Shown in pieces: positions 47,044 to 56,379 of a stretch of DNA of 64,000 nt (its first letter is position 1; every line of letters starts with the position of its first letter). This stretch comes from Candidatus Woesearchaeota archaeon. GTDB lineage: Archaea; Nanobdellota; Nanobdellia; Pacearchaeales; GW2011-AR1. The notes under the pieces are model-generated. The model was not told where the DNA came from. It saw nothing but the letters and a program-made list of their open reading frames with translations, and ran no database searches. Where the stretch lies: contig CAYHCG010000008.1 in NCBI GenBank assembly GCA_964355135.1, positions 423-64,422 on the forward strand, in the 5' to 3' direction. The position numbers were made by a program, and so were the translations under genes.

Positions 47044-47400
47044 TTAAGGTTCTGCTCGTTTGATAACTTCTACTGCATCGGGGTTAGATATGAGATTACT
47101 AGAAGGATCGTTATTAAAATTTTGAAGAATATTTAAATTTAGCCTGACTCTATCTCCTTTATTAATTTTACTATCTACTGCTGCTGCATACTCGTGATGT
47201 ACTGAATAAGTGAATTCAGAAGTATCTGTTTTTACGGTGAATGCATAAGGATAATAGGATCCAGCATTATTAGTTTGCACTTCATTAATAATTATGCCTC
47301 GAATATAATTTGGAGGAAGAGGTTTTTCTTCTTCAAACAAATCACAACCTGCAGCACTAAGAGAAATTGCGCCAGCCATTAAATATTTTGATAGACTCAT
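47044..47400 (-). CDS. small secreted/lipoprotein-like protein
   Basis: MSLSKYLMAGAISLSAAGC is a lipobox-like ...AAGC motif. Confidence 0.3.
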   Translation of the reverse strand: MSLSKYLMAGAISLSAAGCDLFEEEKPLPPNYIRGIIINEVQTNNAGSYYPYAFTVKTDTSEFTYSVHHEYAAAVDSKINKGDRVRLNLNILQNFNNDPSSNLISNPDAVEVIKRAEP

Positions 47401-47497
47401 AAATTTGTCAGTTATTTGTCATATTTAAACTTTTTGATTGATTAAACGAAGTTTAAGGTCATGCTGAAAGATGTTGGAGAAAGCTGAAAGATTGAGC

Positions 47498-47725
47498 TTA
47501 ATTTTCTAATTGGATATTTTTTACTTTAACGCTTTGAAGGAAGTCTTTAGGGATTTGCTTGCTTACGTCAAGGATTTCGATGCCCAAGGTTTTTCCTTCC
47601 TTGTCTAAGTCTACGTTTATATTTTTATTTAGAGAGATTGTTTCACTTACTTCTCCGGCTTTTATTTCCTTAAAGTATATGTATGCAGCATCTGCTTCTT
47701 TATCTATTTCAATTTTCATTTCCAC
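47498..47725 (-). CDS. DUF2283-family antitoxin-like protein
   Basis: MKIEIDKEADAAYIYF......GKTLGIEILDVS matches the DUF2283 pattern. Confidence 0.5.
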   Translation of the reverse strand: MEMKIEIDKEADAAYIYFKEIKAGEVSETISLNKNINVDLDKEGKTLGIEILDVSKQIPKDFLQSVKVKNIQLEN

Positions 47726-47928
47726 ATAAGAGTTATTATCTTTATATAATTATCTTTTTCCTCGTAAATTACTTTGAGAGTTTTATTTGATATTTTCTTG
47801 TAAATCTCGACTTTCCCTTCTTTCCTAACAGAATACTCTGAAAAGTCAACCGCTTCTTGAACTTGTGAAAAGGAAATATTTCTCTCTTTCATCCTCTTTT
47901 TTGCATGATCTGAAAGAATAATTTTCAT
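47716..47928 (-). CDS. DUF4258-family toxin-like protein
   Basis: MKIILSDHAKKRMKERNISFSQVQEAV. Overlaps the DUF2283 gene by 10 nt. Confidence 0.5.
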   Translation of the reverse strand: MKIILSDHAKKRMKERNISFSQVQEAVDFSEYSVRKEGKVEIYKKISNKTLKVIYEEKDNYIKIITLMWK

Positions 47929-48025
47929 GACTTAATCAGTTGAGATCTACTAATAAATTTATCGTTATCGAAGATAAAACAGCTGTTTGGACAGGTGTTT
48001 GTGTTGTTTGAGATGTTTTAAACAA

Positions 48026-48274
48026 CTAACCTAATGGAGAAAGACCGATGTATCCACCTAGAAGGCCCAAGATACCTACTAAAATAAGATAGATGCCTAC
48101 AAAGTAATTTAGAAATCTAGGCCAGACTAAGATAAGAATTCCGAAAATGATGGCTAGAACGGCTGTAATTGTAAATGTAAGTGCCATGATATATTGAAAG
48201 CTCGCAAGTATATAAATGTTACTTGTTTTGCTCAGACTGCTTATTGGCCCAAGCGGTAATAATAAGAATTGCAA
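48026..48274 (-). CDS. DUF3096-like small membrane protein
   Basis: ITAVLAIIFGILILVWPRFLNYFVGIYLILVGILGL. Confidence 0.4.
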   Translation of the reverse strand: MQFLLLPLGPISSLSKTSNIYILASFQYIMALTFTITAVLAIIFGILILVWPRFLNYFVGIYLILVGILGLLGGYIGLSPLG

Positions 48275-48518
48275 CTGCGCCGATTAATGTAACTATTAAG
48301 GCTGTGTAGAGATCTGCCAGATAGGGATGATAGAGTAGAATGCCTTTTTTGGGAACACCATCAACTATTTTTTTGATGACAGTTTGCCAGGAGAGAGCAA
48401 TGACTAAGCCAAATGCTGCAATTAATGCAGTCGTAGTTTGCTTCTTAAATTCGAGCTTTATTATTGATGCCCTATTAAGTAACTTGGTTTTCTGATTTGG
48501 AGGAGTCACTTTTTCCAT
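48219..48518 (-). CDS. small membrane protein
   Basis: Two TM segments. Confidence 0.3.
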   Translation of the reverse strand: MEKVTPPNQKTKLLNRASIIKLEFKKQTTTALIAAFGLVIALSWQTVIKKIVDGVPKKGILLYHPYLADLYTALIVTLIGAVAILIITAWANKQSEQNK

Positions 48519-48584
48519 GTTTACTTGAATATAACTTTAGATGTTTATGATAATTAAAAAAATAAAAATAAATAACTTTTGTGA

Positions 48585-48815
48585 TTATTTCTTGAATAAT
48601 CTAATTATTTCCCATATACCGGCTAGACCTACTAAGGCATAGATTATGGTGGTTACAACACCTAGATTTCCTACTACGTTTATACCCCAAATCATTAGAC
48701 CCCAATTTAGCGCGCCGATTATAACAAGAATTCTTGCTATCCAGTCGATTGCGTTCATTTGACTTATTTCACAACCTCCTTTCAACCTCTTTAGTAGAAT
48801 ACCTAAAATATGCAA
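48585..48815 (-). CDS. DUF378-like small membrane protein
   Basis: IDWIARILVIIGALNWGLMIWGINVV...IYALVGLAGIW. Confidence 0.45.
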   Translation of the reverse strand: MHILGILLKRLKGGCEISQMNAIDWIARILVIIGALNWGLMIWGINVVGNLGVVTTIIYALVGLAGIWEIIRLFKK

Positions 48816-48855
48816 ATAGAGTTTAAATATGTTTCCATTTTAGAATAGGACTAGC

Positions 48856-49218
48856 CTAGTGTTTTTTATCCATATAATAAACACCAAGGCTAAACACTCC
48901 TATGACGAGATGCACGATGGTTGTTTTAGTGTTTATATTGAGCATGTTTAATAAGAGAGTATTAATCTCAGGAATGAAACCTAATACTGCCAGAAGGAAA
49001 AAGATCCATCCTATAACCTGATTATATCTTATTCCCTCTCCCTTTGTGCCAATATAGATTCCCATCACTCCGCAGAGTATATAGAAAATGCTGAGATAGA
49101 GACTGGTGCTAAACAATCCCGAATTGCCTATGAGAGGATTATTAAAAAAATATGCGGCTCCTGCTAAAAGTAAAAAAATGCCTAAAACTAATGAAAGAGT
49201 CTTTTGTTTGTTTGCCAT
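48856..49218 (-). CDS. small membrane protein (DUF4383-like)
   Basis: Four TM segments. Confidence 0.3.
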   Translation of the reverse strand: MANKQKTLSLVLGIFLLLAGAAYFFNNPLIGNSGLFSTSLYLSIFYILCGVMGIYIGTKGEGIRYNQVIGWIFFLLAVLGFIPEINTLLLNMLNINTKTTIVHLVIGVFSLGVYYMDKKH

Positions 49219-49547
49219 TTTATTATTTTTTAGCTGAAATTTTCTATTATGATAAGCAAACAGCTGTTTAAATACATTTTTGTTTAAAGAAAAAAGACTG
49301 TGAGAAAAAAGATTAAAGACCGATGTAAAAAATTCATTAATGGAGAGATTTATTGAGGATAATTGGGGCTGTTTAAGCTGTTTAAACAGGTGTTTGTTTT
49401 AACTCTTATGGTGTTTTCCAAGCACTCCAGGTGTTTAGAAGGGTGTTTGAGCTGTTTGTTTTATAGATTGAAGGGTGTTTTTTTACGAATGGTTAATAGA
49501 GGAGAGCTAACGTAATATTTAAATAGTCAAGCTGTTTAAACAGTTTT

Positions 49548-50180
49548 ATGTTTGGATGGTTTAAGAAAAAAGAGTTAAGGGATTTGGAGAAAAAAACTCA
49601 AGAAGGGTTTGGTTCTGTTAAAAGAGATATTGATGCGGTTGGAAAGTGGATCAAACACCTTGACAAGCAAGACAAACAGCTGTTTGATTTAATAAATTTG
49701 TTAAAAAGCGATTTGTCGTATATAAGAGATGAGCTAGATAGTTTGAGAGAAGGTGTTGAAGAGATCTCAGAAGAACGAAAAGGCAAACAGCTGTTTAAGA
49801 AATTACCTGTTTTAGGCAAACAGACAGCTGTTGAGGATGTTCAAGAAGCTGTTCAAACAGCTGTCCAAACAGGTAATTTTTATGATATTTTTAAAAGATT
49901 GTCTGCTAATGAGAGGGCGGTAATTATTACGTTGATGAATAGTGAAATGAAGTTGAGTTATGAGGATTTGGCACTATTACTTGGAAAAGAGAAGTCTACA
50001 GTAAGGGGTCAGATCAATTCCATAAAACAGAAAAGTGAAGGATTGATCCTGGAGATGATCGAGAAAAATGGCAAAAAAAGGGTCTATGTACCTGAAGAAA
50101 TTAAGGAAAAAATGCAAAAATACGCAAAAGTGAGGGTTGGAAAGGGTAAAAAGAACAAGAAAAAGGATGAAAATGAGTAA
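49548..50180 (+). CDS. coiled-coil + C-terminal winged-HTH DNA-binding protein carrying KQLF repeats
   Basis: C-terminal LSANERAVIITLMNSEMKLSYEDLALLLGKEKSTVRGQINSIKQKSEGLILEMIEKNGKKRVYV. Paralog of 50609..51403. Contains 4 AAACAGCTGTTT motifs in frame. Confidence 0.45.
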   Translation: MFGWFKKKELRDLEKKTQEGFGSVKRDIDAVGKWIKHLDKQDKQLFDLINLLKSDLSYIRDELDSLREGVEEISEERKGKQLFKKLPVLGKQTAVEDVQEAVQTAVQTGNFYDIFKRLSANERAVIITLMNSEMKLSYEDLALLLGKEKSTVRGQINSIKQKSEGLILEMIEKNGKKRVYVPEEIKEKMQKYAKVRVGKGKKNKKKDENE

Positions 50181-50224
50181 AAATAGGCTCCAAAACGTAA
50201 AAGTGAGAGTTAGGAAGTGAAAAA

Positions 50225-50458
50225 ATGGCAAAAAAAGATGAAAAAAACTGGTTGAAAGGGGTAAAAGACCTCAAAAATAGAAAAGTGAGAGTTGTGGAAA
50301 GAAAAAAATTTGATAGGTTTATGGAAAAATGTAAAAAAGAGAGTGTTTTGGACAATTTTTTGACTTTTGAGATTGGACATTACAAAAGTGAGAGAAACAT
50401 CTTCATGAGTGTATCTGAACAAAACATCAAAAAGGGGGGAGTTGAGGAGGATATGTGA
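50225..50458 (+). CDS. doubtful small ORF overlapping the direct-repeat array
   Basis: 77-aa Lys-rich ORF spanning the AAAAGTGAGAGTT repeats. May not be coding. Confidence 0.15.
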   Translation: MAKKDEKNWLKGVKDLKNRKVRVVERKKFDRFMEKCKKESVLDNFLTFEIGHYKSERNIFMSVSEQNIKKGGVEEDM

Positions 50459-50608
50459 AAATTTATGAAAATGGGGGAAAAAGGAGAGAGTTTTAAGCGA
50501 ACTTTAGCCGTAAAGAATTGATGAAAGGTTTAGGGAGAAGTTAGTGAAAGATACCCGTTTAAACGAATTACTCAAAGTTTAAGGGCATTTTGTGAGAGAT
50601 TTACGATT

Positions 50609-51403
<795 letters not shown>

Positions 51404-51445
51404 TTATTTTTGAATAAGAAGAAGTATAAAAATTTATAGATCAAA

Positions 51446-51718
51446 TTAAAGTTGCTTTTTGGAATAGATATTATAGACTTGTGAAGATAGACGCCATCTC
51501 TGCCTTCGCGTATATACTGTTCCCTGGGAATTCTTTTTGACTTCTACTACGAAGTTCTTTTTCTGTAAGTGGAGGAGAAGGCTTTTAGTAAATTCTTCGT
51601 CACGCGCAGTTTCCTCTGCTATTTTATTTGTAAAGGCTGCTTCAGGAGAGATCGAGAAAAGGTAATGTAAGATCTGCTCGGATATTTTGTCTTTTTTCTG
51701 TTGAGATATCTTTGGCAT
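51446..51718 (-). CDS. small hypothetical protein (possible winged-helix)
   Basis: ORF only. Confidence 0.25.
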   Translation of the reverse strand: MPKISQQKKDKISEQILHYLFSISPEAAFTNKIAEETARDEEFTKSLLLHLQKKNFVVEVKKNSQGTVYTRRQRWRLSSQVYNIYSKKQL

Positions 51719-51827
51719 GAAGAGTTAAGGAAAAGTGCATATAAAAATATTGAGTTTGGAGAGAGAAGATTTAAAAAGAATTCTTAAGAATGTTTAGATA
51801 CTAGTTTGGACTTATTTTCTAGTTATA

Positions 51828-54431
51828 TTGGAGAACTTAAATACAATGGCAGAGATAAAATATATTGAACCTTATGGAGAGCAAGAAACAAAGGATATGC
51901 TTAATCCCTTAGTTAGAGAATGGTTCTTTTCCAAATTTAAAGCATTCTCTAAGACTCAGCTTTATGGAGTTAAGGGCATCCATAGTAGAAGAAATATCCT
52001 AGTAAGCGCTCCTACTGGAGGAACTAAAACCTTAACTGCCTTTCTAAGCATTTTAAATTATTTAGTTGAACTGGGGCTAAAAAATGAGCTAGAGGATAAG
52101 ATATATGCTATATATTCTAGTCCCTTGAAAGCGCTAAGTAATGACATTGCAGTAAATTTGATTAATCCTTTACAAGAAATTAAAGAACTAGCTGAACAAA
52201 AAGGATTGAAATTGCAGGAAGTTAGAATTGGACTACGGACTGGAGATACGGAGACTAAAGATAGAGTAAAGATGTTGAAAAAGCCCCCCCATATTCTGGT
52301 GACTACTCCTGAAACGTTGGCTATTGTATTGACTAGTGGAAAGTTTGTTGAACATATGAAAAGACTAGAGTTTGTGATTGTGGACGAGATTCACGCCATG
52401 ACTAGTAAGAGAGGAGTTTACATGTCTTTGACTCTGGAGAGATTGCATGAAGTAAGCGTTATCGAACCTGTAAGAATTGGATTAAGCGCGACTATATCTC
52501 CACTGGATGAAATTGCAAAGTTTTTAGTTGGGGGGGAGAGGGACTGCGATATAGCAGATGTGAAACTTGATAAGCGGATTGAGATCGACTTAGATTTTCC
52601 CGGCAAAGATATTATGGAATCAGAAATGCCTGATAATCAGAAAGAATTGTATAGGATGTTAGATGAGATTATCCAAAAGTATCGAACGACCTTGATTTTT
52701 ACTAATACTAGAAATGCAACGGAGAGAATTGTGCATTATTTAGAGGAGCATTATCCTGGAAACTATGCAGGCTTGATTGGAGCGCATCATAGTTCTATGA
52801 GTAAAGACAAGAGATTTGAGATTGAAGATAGATTAAGAAAGGGAGAACTCAAAGTTGTGGTCACTTCGACTAGTTTGGAACTTGGGATTGATATAGGGAG
52901 TATTGATTTTGTTGTTTTACTTCGGTCTCCTAAGAGCGTTGCAAGAGCAATGCAGAGAATTGGAAGAGCGGGACATAAACTCCATGAGAACCCAAGGGGT
53001 ACATTCATTGTTTTGGAAAGAGATGATTTGGTTGAGTGTGGTGTTTTAATGAAAGAGATGATTGAGGGAAAAATTGACAGGACAGAGATTCCCAAAAATC
53101 CTTTAGACGTTTTGGCGCAACAAATCTATGGGATGGCTATTTCTAAAGTATGGGATATTGATGATATGTTAAGAGTTATACGAAGAAGTTATTGCTATAG
53201 TGAACTAAGCAAGGAGGACTTTTTATCTGTTGTTAGTTATTTGGCAGGAGATTATGCCTTAGAACATAGACATGTATATGCAAAGATCTGGTACGACACT
53301 CAGACTAAGCAAATAGGAAAACGTGGTAAACTTGCAAGAGTGATTTATATGACTAACTTAGGAACTATTCCGAGCGAGAGCTTCATTAAAGTATCTATAC
53401 GCACTCCTGCATCCAGGCAAGGAGAAACTGTTGGAAAGATTGATGAAGGTTTTTTAGAAAGGATGAAGCGGGGAGATGTGTTTGTACTAGGCGGACAGAA
53501 ATATCAGTATTTGTATTCGAAAGGTATGACTGCTTTTGTGGGCGCGGATGTAACAAAGAGTCCCACTATCCCGAGTTGGTTTTCAGAAATGCTGCCTTTG
53601 AGCTTTGATGTTGCCTTAGATATTGGAAAATTCAGAAAACTCGTTAGTGAGAGAGTTAAAAATAAGAAAGAGTGCTTGGCTTTTATTAAAGAGTACTTGT
53701 ACTGTAAAGATAAAATCGCAGAAGTGATTTATGAGTACTTCAGAGAGCAGGATGCGTATGCAGAGATCCCACATTCTGAGAAGATTGTTGTTGAAAAATT
53801 CAAAGAAAACAAGGAATATCTTGTTTTTCATACTCTTTATGGGAGGAGAGTTAATGATGCTCTATCCAGAGCGTATGCTTTTGCAGCTGGTCGGGTACGA
53901 GGTAGGGATGTAGAAATTGGGATTAATGATAATGGGTTTTTTATTGCTGGAGATAGTCTGGATGAAGAGAAGATCATAAAGTGGGTTAAGAGTAAAGATT
54001 TGAAAGCTATCTTAAAAGAAGCTGTTGAGAAGACTGATGTATTAAGAAGAAGGTTTAGACATTGCGCGGGCAGGTCACTGATGATACTGCGCAACTATAA
54101 AGGCATAGAGAAGTCTGCTGGTAAGCAGCAGATCCATTCTGAATTTTTGTTTACTGCTGTGAAGAAGATAAGTAATGAATTCCCAATACTGCGGGAAGCA
54201 AGAAGAGAAGTGATGGAGGATTTGATGGATGTAAAGAGTGCGGAGAAGGTACTAAACTGGATTGAAGAAGGGAAAATAAAGATAAAGGTTGTGAGACGGC
54301 CATTGATTTCTCCTTTTGGAGTTAATTTGGTTATTCAGGGAAGAAGCGACTTGATAAAAATGGAAGACAAGGTTAAATTCTTAAAGAGAATGCATGAATT
54401 ACATAAGAAAGTTATTGAAGAAAAAGCTTAA
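51828..54431 (+). CDS. Lhr-type (Lhr-core) ATP-dependent DEAD/DEAH-box helicase
   Basis: Motif I SAPTGGTKT, motif II VIVDEIHA, motif VI QRIGRAGH, with a C-terminal Lhr WH/DUF1998-like extension. 867 aa. Confidence 0.8.
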   Translation: MENLNTMAEIKYIEPYGEQETKDMLNPLVREWFFSKFKAFSKTQLYGVKGIHSRRNILVSAPTGGTKTLTAFLSILNYLVELGLKNELEDKIYAIYSSPLKALSNDIAVNLINPLQEIKELAEQKGLKLQEVRIGLRTGDTETKDRVKMLKKPPHILVTTPETLAIVLTSGKFVEHMKRLEFVIVDEIHAMTSKRGVYMSLTLERLHEVSVIEPVRIGLSATISPLDEIAKFLVGGERDCDIADVKLDKRIEIDLDFPGKDIMESEMPDNQKELYRMLDEIIQKYRTTLIFTNTRNATERIVHYLEEHYPGNYAGLIGAHHSSMSKDKRFEIEDRLRKGELKVVVTSTSLELGIDIGSIDFVVLLRSPKSVARAMQRIGRAGHKLHENPRGTFIVLERDDLVECGVLMKEMIEGKIDRTEIPKNPLDVLAQQIYGMAISKVWDIDDMLRVIRRSYCYSELSKEDFLSVVSYLAGDYALEHRHVYAKIWYDTQTKQIGKRGKLARVIYMTNLGTIPSESFIKVSIRTPASRQGETVGKIDEGFLERMKRGDVFVLGGQKYQYLYSKGMTAFVGADVTKSPTIPSWFSEMLPLSFDVALDIGKFRKLVSERVKNKKECLAFIKEYLYCKDKIAEVIYEYFREQDAYAEIPHSEKIVVEKFKENKEYLVFHTLYGRRVNDALSRAYAFAAGRVRGRDVEIGINDNGFFIAGDSLDEEKIIKWVKSKDLKAILKEAVEKTDVLRRRFRHCAGRSLMILRNYKGIEKSAGKQQIHSEFLFTAVKKISNEFPILREARREVMEDLMDVKSAEKVLNWIEEGKIKIKVVRRPLISPFGVNLVIQGRSDLIKMEDKVKFLKRMHELHKKVIEEKA

Positions 54432-54750
54432 AAAAGACTCTTGGAGCTTATTTGATATGGACGAAAACTATAAGGTAAGAATGAAAAACCAGGGCAGCAT
54501 AGGACGTTTGAGAGAAGATATTGCTTCGGTTGTGACTGGAGGGGTAGTTGGTTTGGGGATGGGCGCTTTAGGGAGGGCAGTAGGTATGAACCTAGATAGA
54601 GAAACCATATTAGTGTATGCAGGATTTGTAAGTGGGGCCTATTATTTTACACTAGATAGAAAAGATGTAAAAAAGAATTATTTTCTTGAGAGTTTAATTA
54701 CTGGGACTAGTTTTGCGATAGGGTTAACATTTAACAGACTAGTTTTTTGA
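54394..54750 (+). CDS. hypothetical small protein
   Basis: ORF with a Gly-rich hydrophobic segment. Confidence 0.25.
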   Translation: MNYIRKLLKKKLKKDSWSLFDMDENYKVRMKNQGSIGRLREDIASVVTGGVVGLGMGALGRAVGMNLDRETILVYAGFVSGAYYFTLDRKDVKKNYFLESLITGTSFAIGLTFNRLVF

Positions 54751-54778
54751 TTGGGGAGGCTTGAATAGGAAGACTTAA

Positions 54779-55552
54779 ATGGGGAAGTATTTTTCTGTAA
54801 GGATGTTAGAAGATGAAAACATACAGTTTGTTGGAAAATGTTTGTATATTGAAGAACATAAGCAGAAGATTTTGGTAATTGGAGATCTGCATTTAGGATA
54901 TGAAGAAGTATTGAATAGGGGAGGAGTTTTCATTTCTAGAGCGATGTTTAAGGAAATGATTGCGTATTTTGAAAGAGTTTTCGAACGTGTGGGGAAGGTG
55001 AATAAGATTGTTTTATTGGGAGATGTTAAACATGCTTTTGGAAATATTATGGAACAGGAGTGGGATGATGTGCTGCGGTTGTTTGATTACTTAAAGAAAA
55101 AGCTCTTAGAAAATGGGAAGATAATAATTGTGAAGGGAAATCATGACCGGATACTAGAACCTATTGCGAAACTGCGAAATATGGTTGAACTCAAACCGTA
55201 TTTTATTTTTCACGAGTTCTTTTTTATGCATGGAGATAAAGATTTCTTTGAGAACTATGAAAAGAAAATAAAATATTGGATTATTGGACACGGTCATCCC
55301 GCTATAACTATAAGAGACCCTGAAGGCATAAAGGCGGAAAAATATAAGTGCTTTTTAACAGGGCATTATAAGAAAAAGAGAATTATAGAAGCAATTCTTG
55401 TACCCTCCTTCTTTGCTTATACTGAAGGTAGTGATCCAAGAGAGAATGATTTAGGATTTCCTTGGAAATTTGACTTTGAGAGATTTTTTGTACATGTGGT
55501 AGGAGACAGTCTAGATGTACTTGATTTTGGAAGGCTAGGAAAGTTAAAGTAG
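54779..55552 (+). CDS. calcineurin-like metallophosphoesterase (Lhr-associated MPE-like)
   Basis: VIGDLHLG, LLGDVKH, GNHD, IIGHGH phosphoesterase motifs. Confidence 0.6.
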   Translation: MGKYFSVRMLEDENIQFVGKCLYIEEHKQKILVIGDLHLGYEEVLNRGGVFISRAMFKEMIAYFERVFERVGKVNKIVLLGDVKHAFGNIMEQEWDDVLRLFDYLKKKLLENGKIIIVKGNHDRILEPIAKLRNMVELKPYFIFHEFFFMHGDKDFFENYEKKIKYWIIGHGHPAITIRDPEGIKAEKYKCFLTGHYKKKRIIEAILVPSFFAYTEGSDPRENDLGFPWKFDFERFFVHVVGDSLDVLDFGRLGKLK

Positions 55553-55557
55553 ATGAT

Positions 55558-55995
55558 TTATTCTTTAGGACGAAGCTGAGGGATTTTGAGGTAAGGTGAA
55601 GGTAGAGAAAGATCTTCCTGCAATATTATCGCTTTGGACGAACATTTTCGTAAAATGAAATTGTAAAGAGGAGCTACTGCGTTTTTAGGAACTGCTTTCT
55701 TTTTCCAGGAAGTATGAAATTCTTTTGCTTCTTCTGGTGTTGCTGAAAGAACAAGAAAACCCTCAAAGGCTATCTCAGCTTGTCTATCTTTCTCTTTTGT
55801 TAGCTCCGGTTTCTCTACATCACCATAGAGAAGAGAGTATTTGAAAGATATTTTTAGAGCTTCTGTGTCTTTTAGTAGGCTCACTGTATCTTTTTCAACA
55901 TTTGAGAAATCAATATTGTTATTTACTCCTGCTCTTGAGAAACTAGGCTTTTTTTCACCGTGTATTTTTGTTAGATTGAATCCTATGATTTGCAT
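55558..55995 (-). CDS. hypothetical protein
   Basis: ORF only. Confidence 0.25.
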   Translation of the reverse strand: MQIIGFNLTKIHGEKKPSFSRAGVNNNIDFSNVEKDTVSLLKDTEALKISFKYSLLYGDVEKPELTKEKDRQAEIAFEGFLVLSATPEEAKEFHTSWKKKAVPKNAVAPLYNFILRKCSSKAIILQEDLSLPSPYLKIPQLRPKE

Positions 55996-56050
55996 GTTGT
56001 GTATTATTAAGAGTTATTTTTAAATGTTGTTGTAGTGTTGTTTAGGAAAA

Positions 56051-56311
56051 TTACATTAAGTCTTCTTCAGAGACAACTACAAAATCGCCAATAGCTATTA
56101 TTGAATTGTAAGGAACTAGAGCTTCCCCTTTATTTGAGGATTCTAAGGAGAGGTTTTTTGTATATGGAGTTGAATCTTTAAGAACTAACTGGATTAATTC
56201 TCCTGTTCTTGTTTCAAAAGTAATGTCTTTGACGAAACCTAATCTCTTGCCTTCCTTGGTAACCACGAGCTTTCCCATGACATCTCTTAGAGGCTTTTTT
56301 TCTAGTACCAT
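56051..56311 (-). CDS. PRC-barrel domain protein
   Basis: RDVMGKLVVTKEGKRLGFVKDITFETRTGELIQLVL. Confidence 0.5.
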   Translation of the reverse strand: MVLEKKPLRDVMGKLVVTKEGKRLGFVKDITFETRTGELIQLVLKDSTPYTKNLSLESSNKGEALVPYNSIIAIGDFVVVSEEDLM

Positions 56312-56379
56312 CAGTTCTGTAAATATGTATGATATTTAAACTTTTCTTTGGTGGAGTTGTGTATTGAGGAGGAAAAGAA

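Larger units (their letters stand above)
43615..47500. repeat. family of about 8 intergenic repeat modules (core GATTAAACGARCTCTTG and/or hairpin GCTRARARGTTTGAGCWT) between small island ORFs
   Basis: Copies at 43615-43674, 44245-44258, 44775-44788, 45205-45220, 45689-45748, 46280-46297, 46951-46966 and 47437-47500. Confidence 0.7.

Noticed and set aside
43029-47930. Calling the island a bona fide integron
   Set aside because: No integrase is in the window. The conserved box (GTTTAAT on the coding strand) does not fit the attC GTTRRRY core, and no paired inverse core was found. I reported it only as cassette-like.
50100-50400. Possible degenerate CRISPR array (AAAAGTGAGAGTT repeats)
   Set aside because: The repeats are short, imperfect and irregularly spaced (73-103 bp). 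They overlap coding sequence and no cas genes are nearby. An iteron or regulatory direct-repeat interpretation is preferred.
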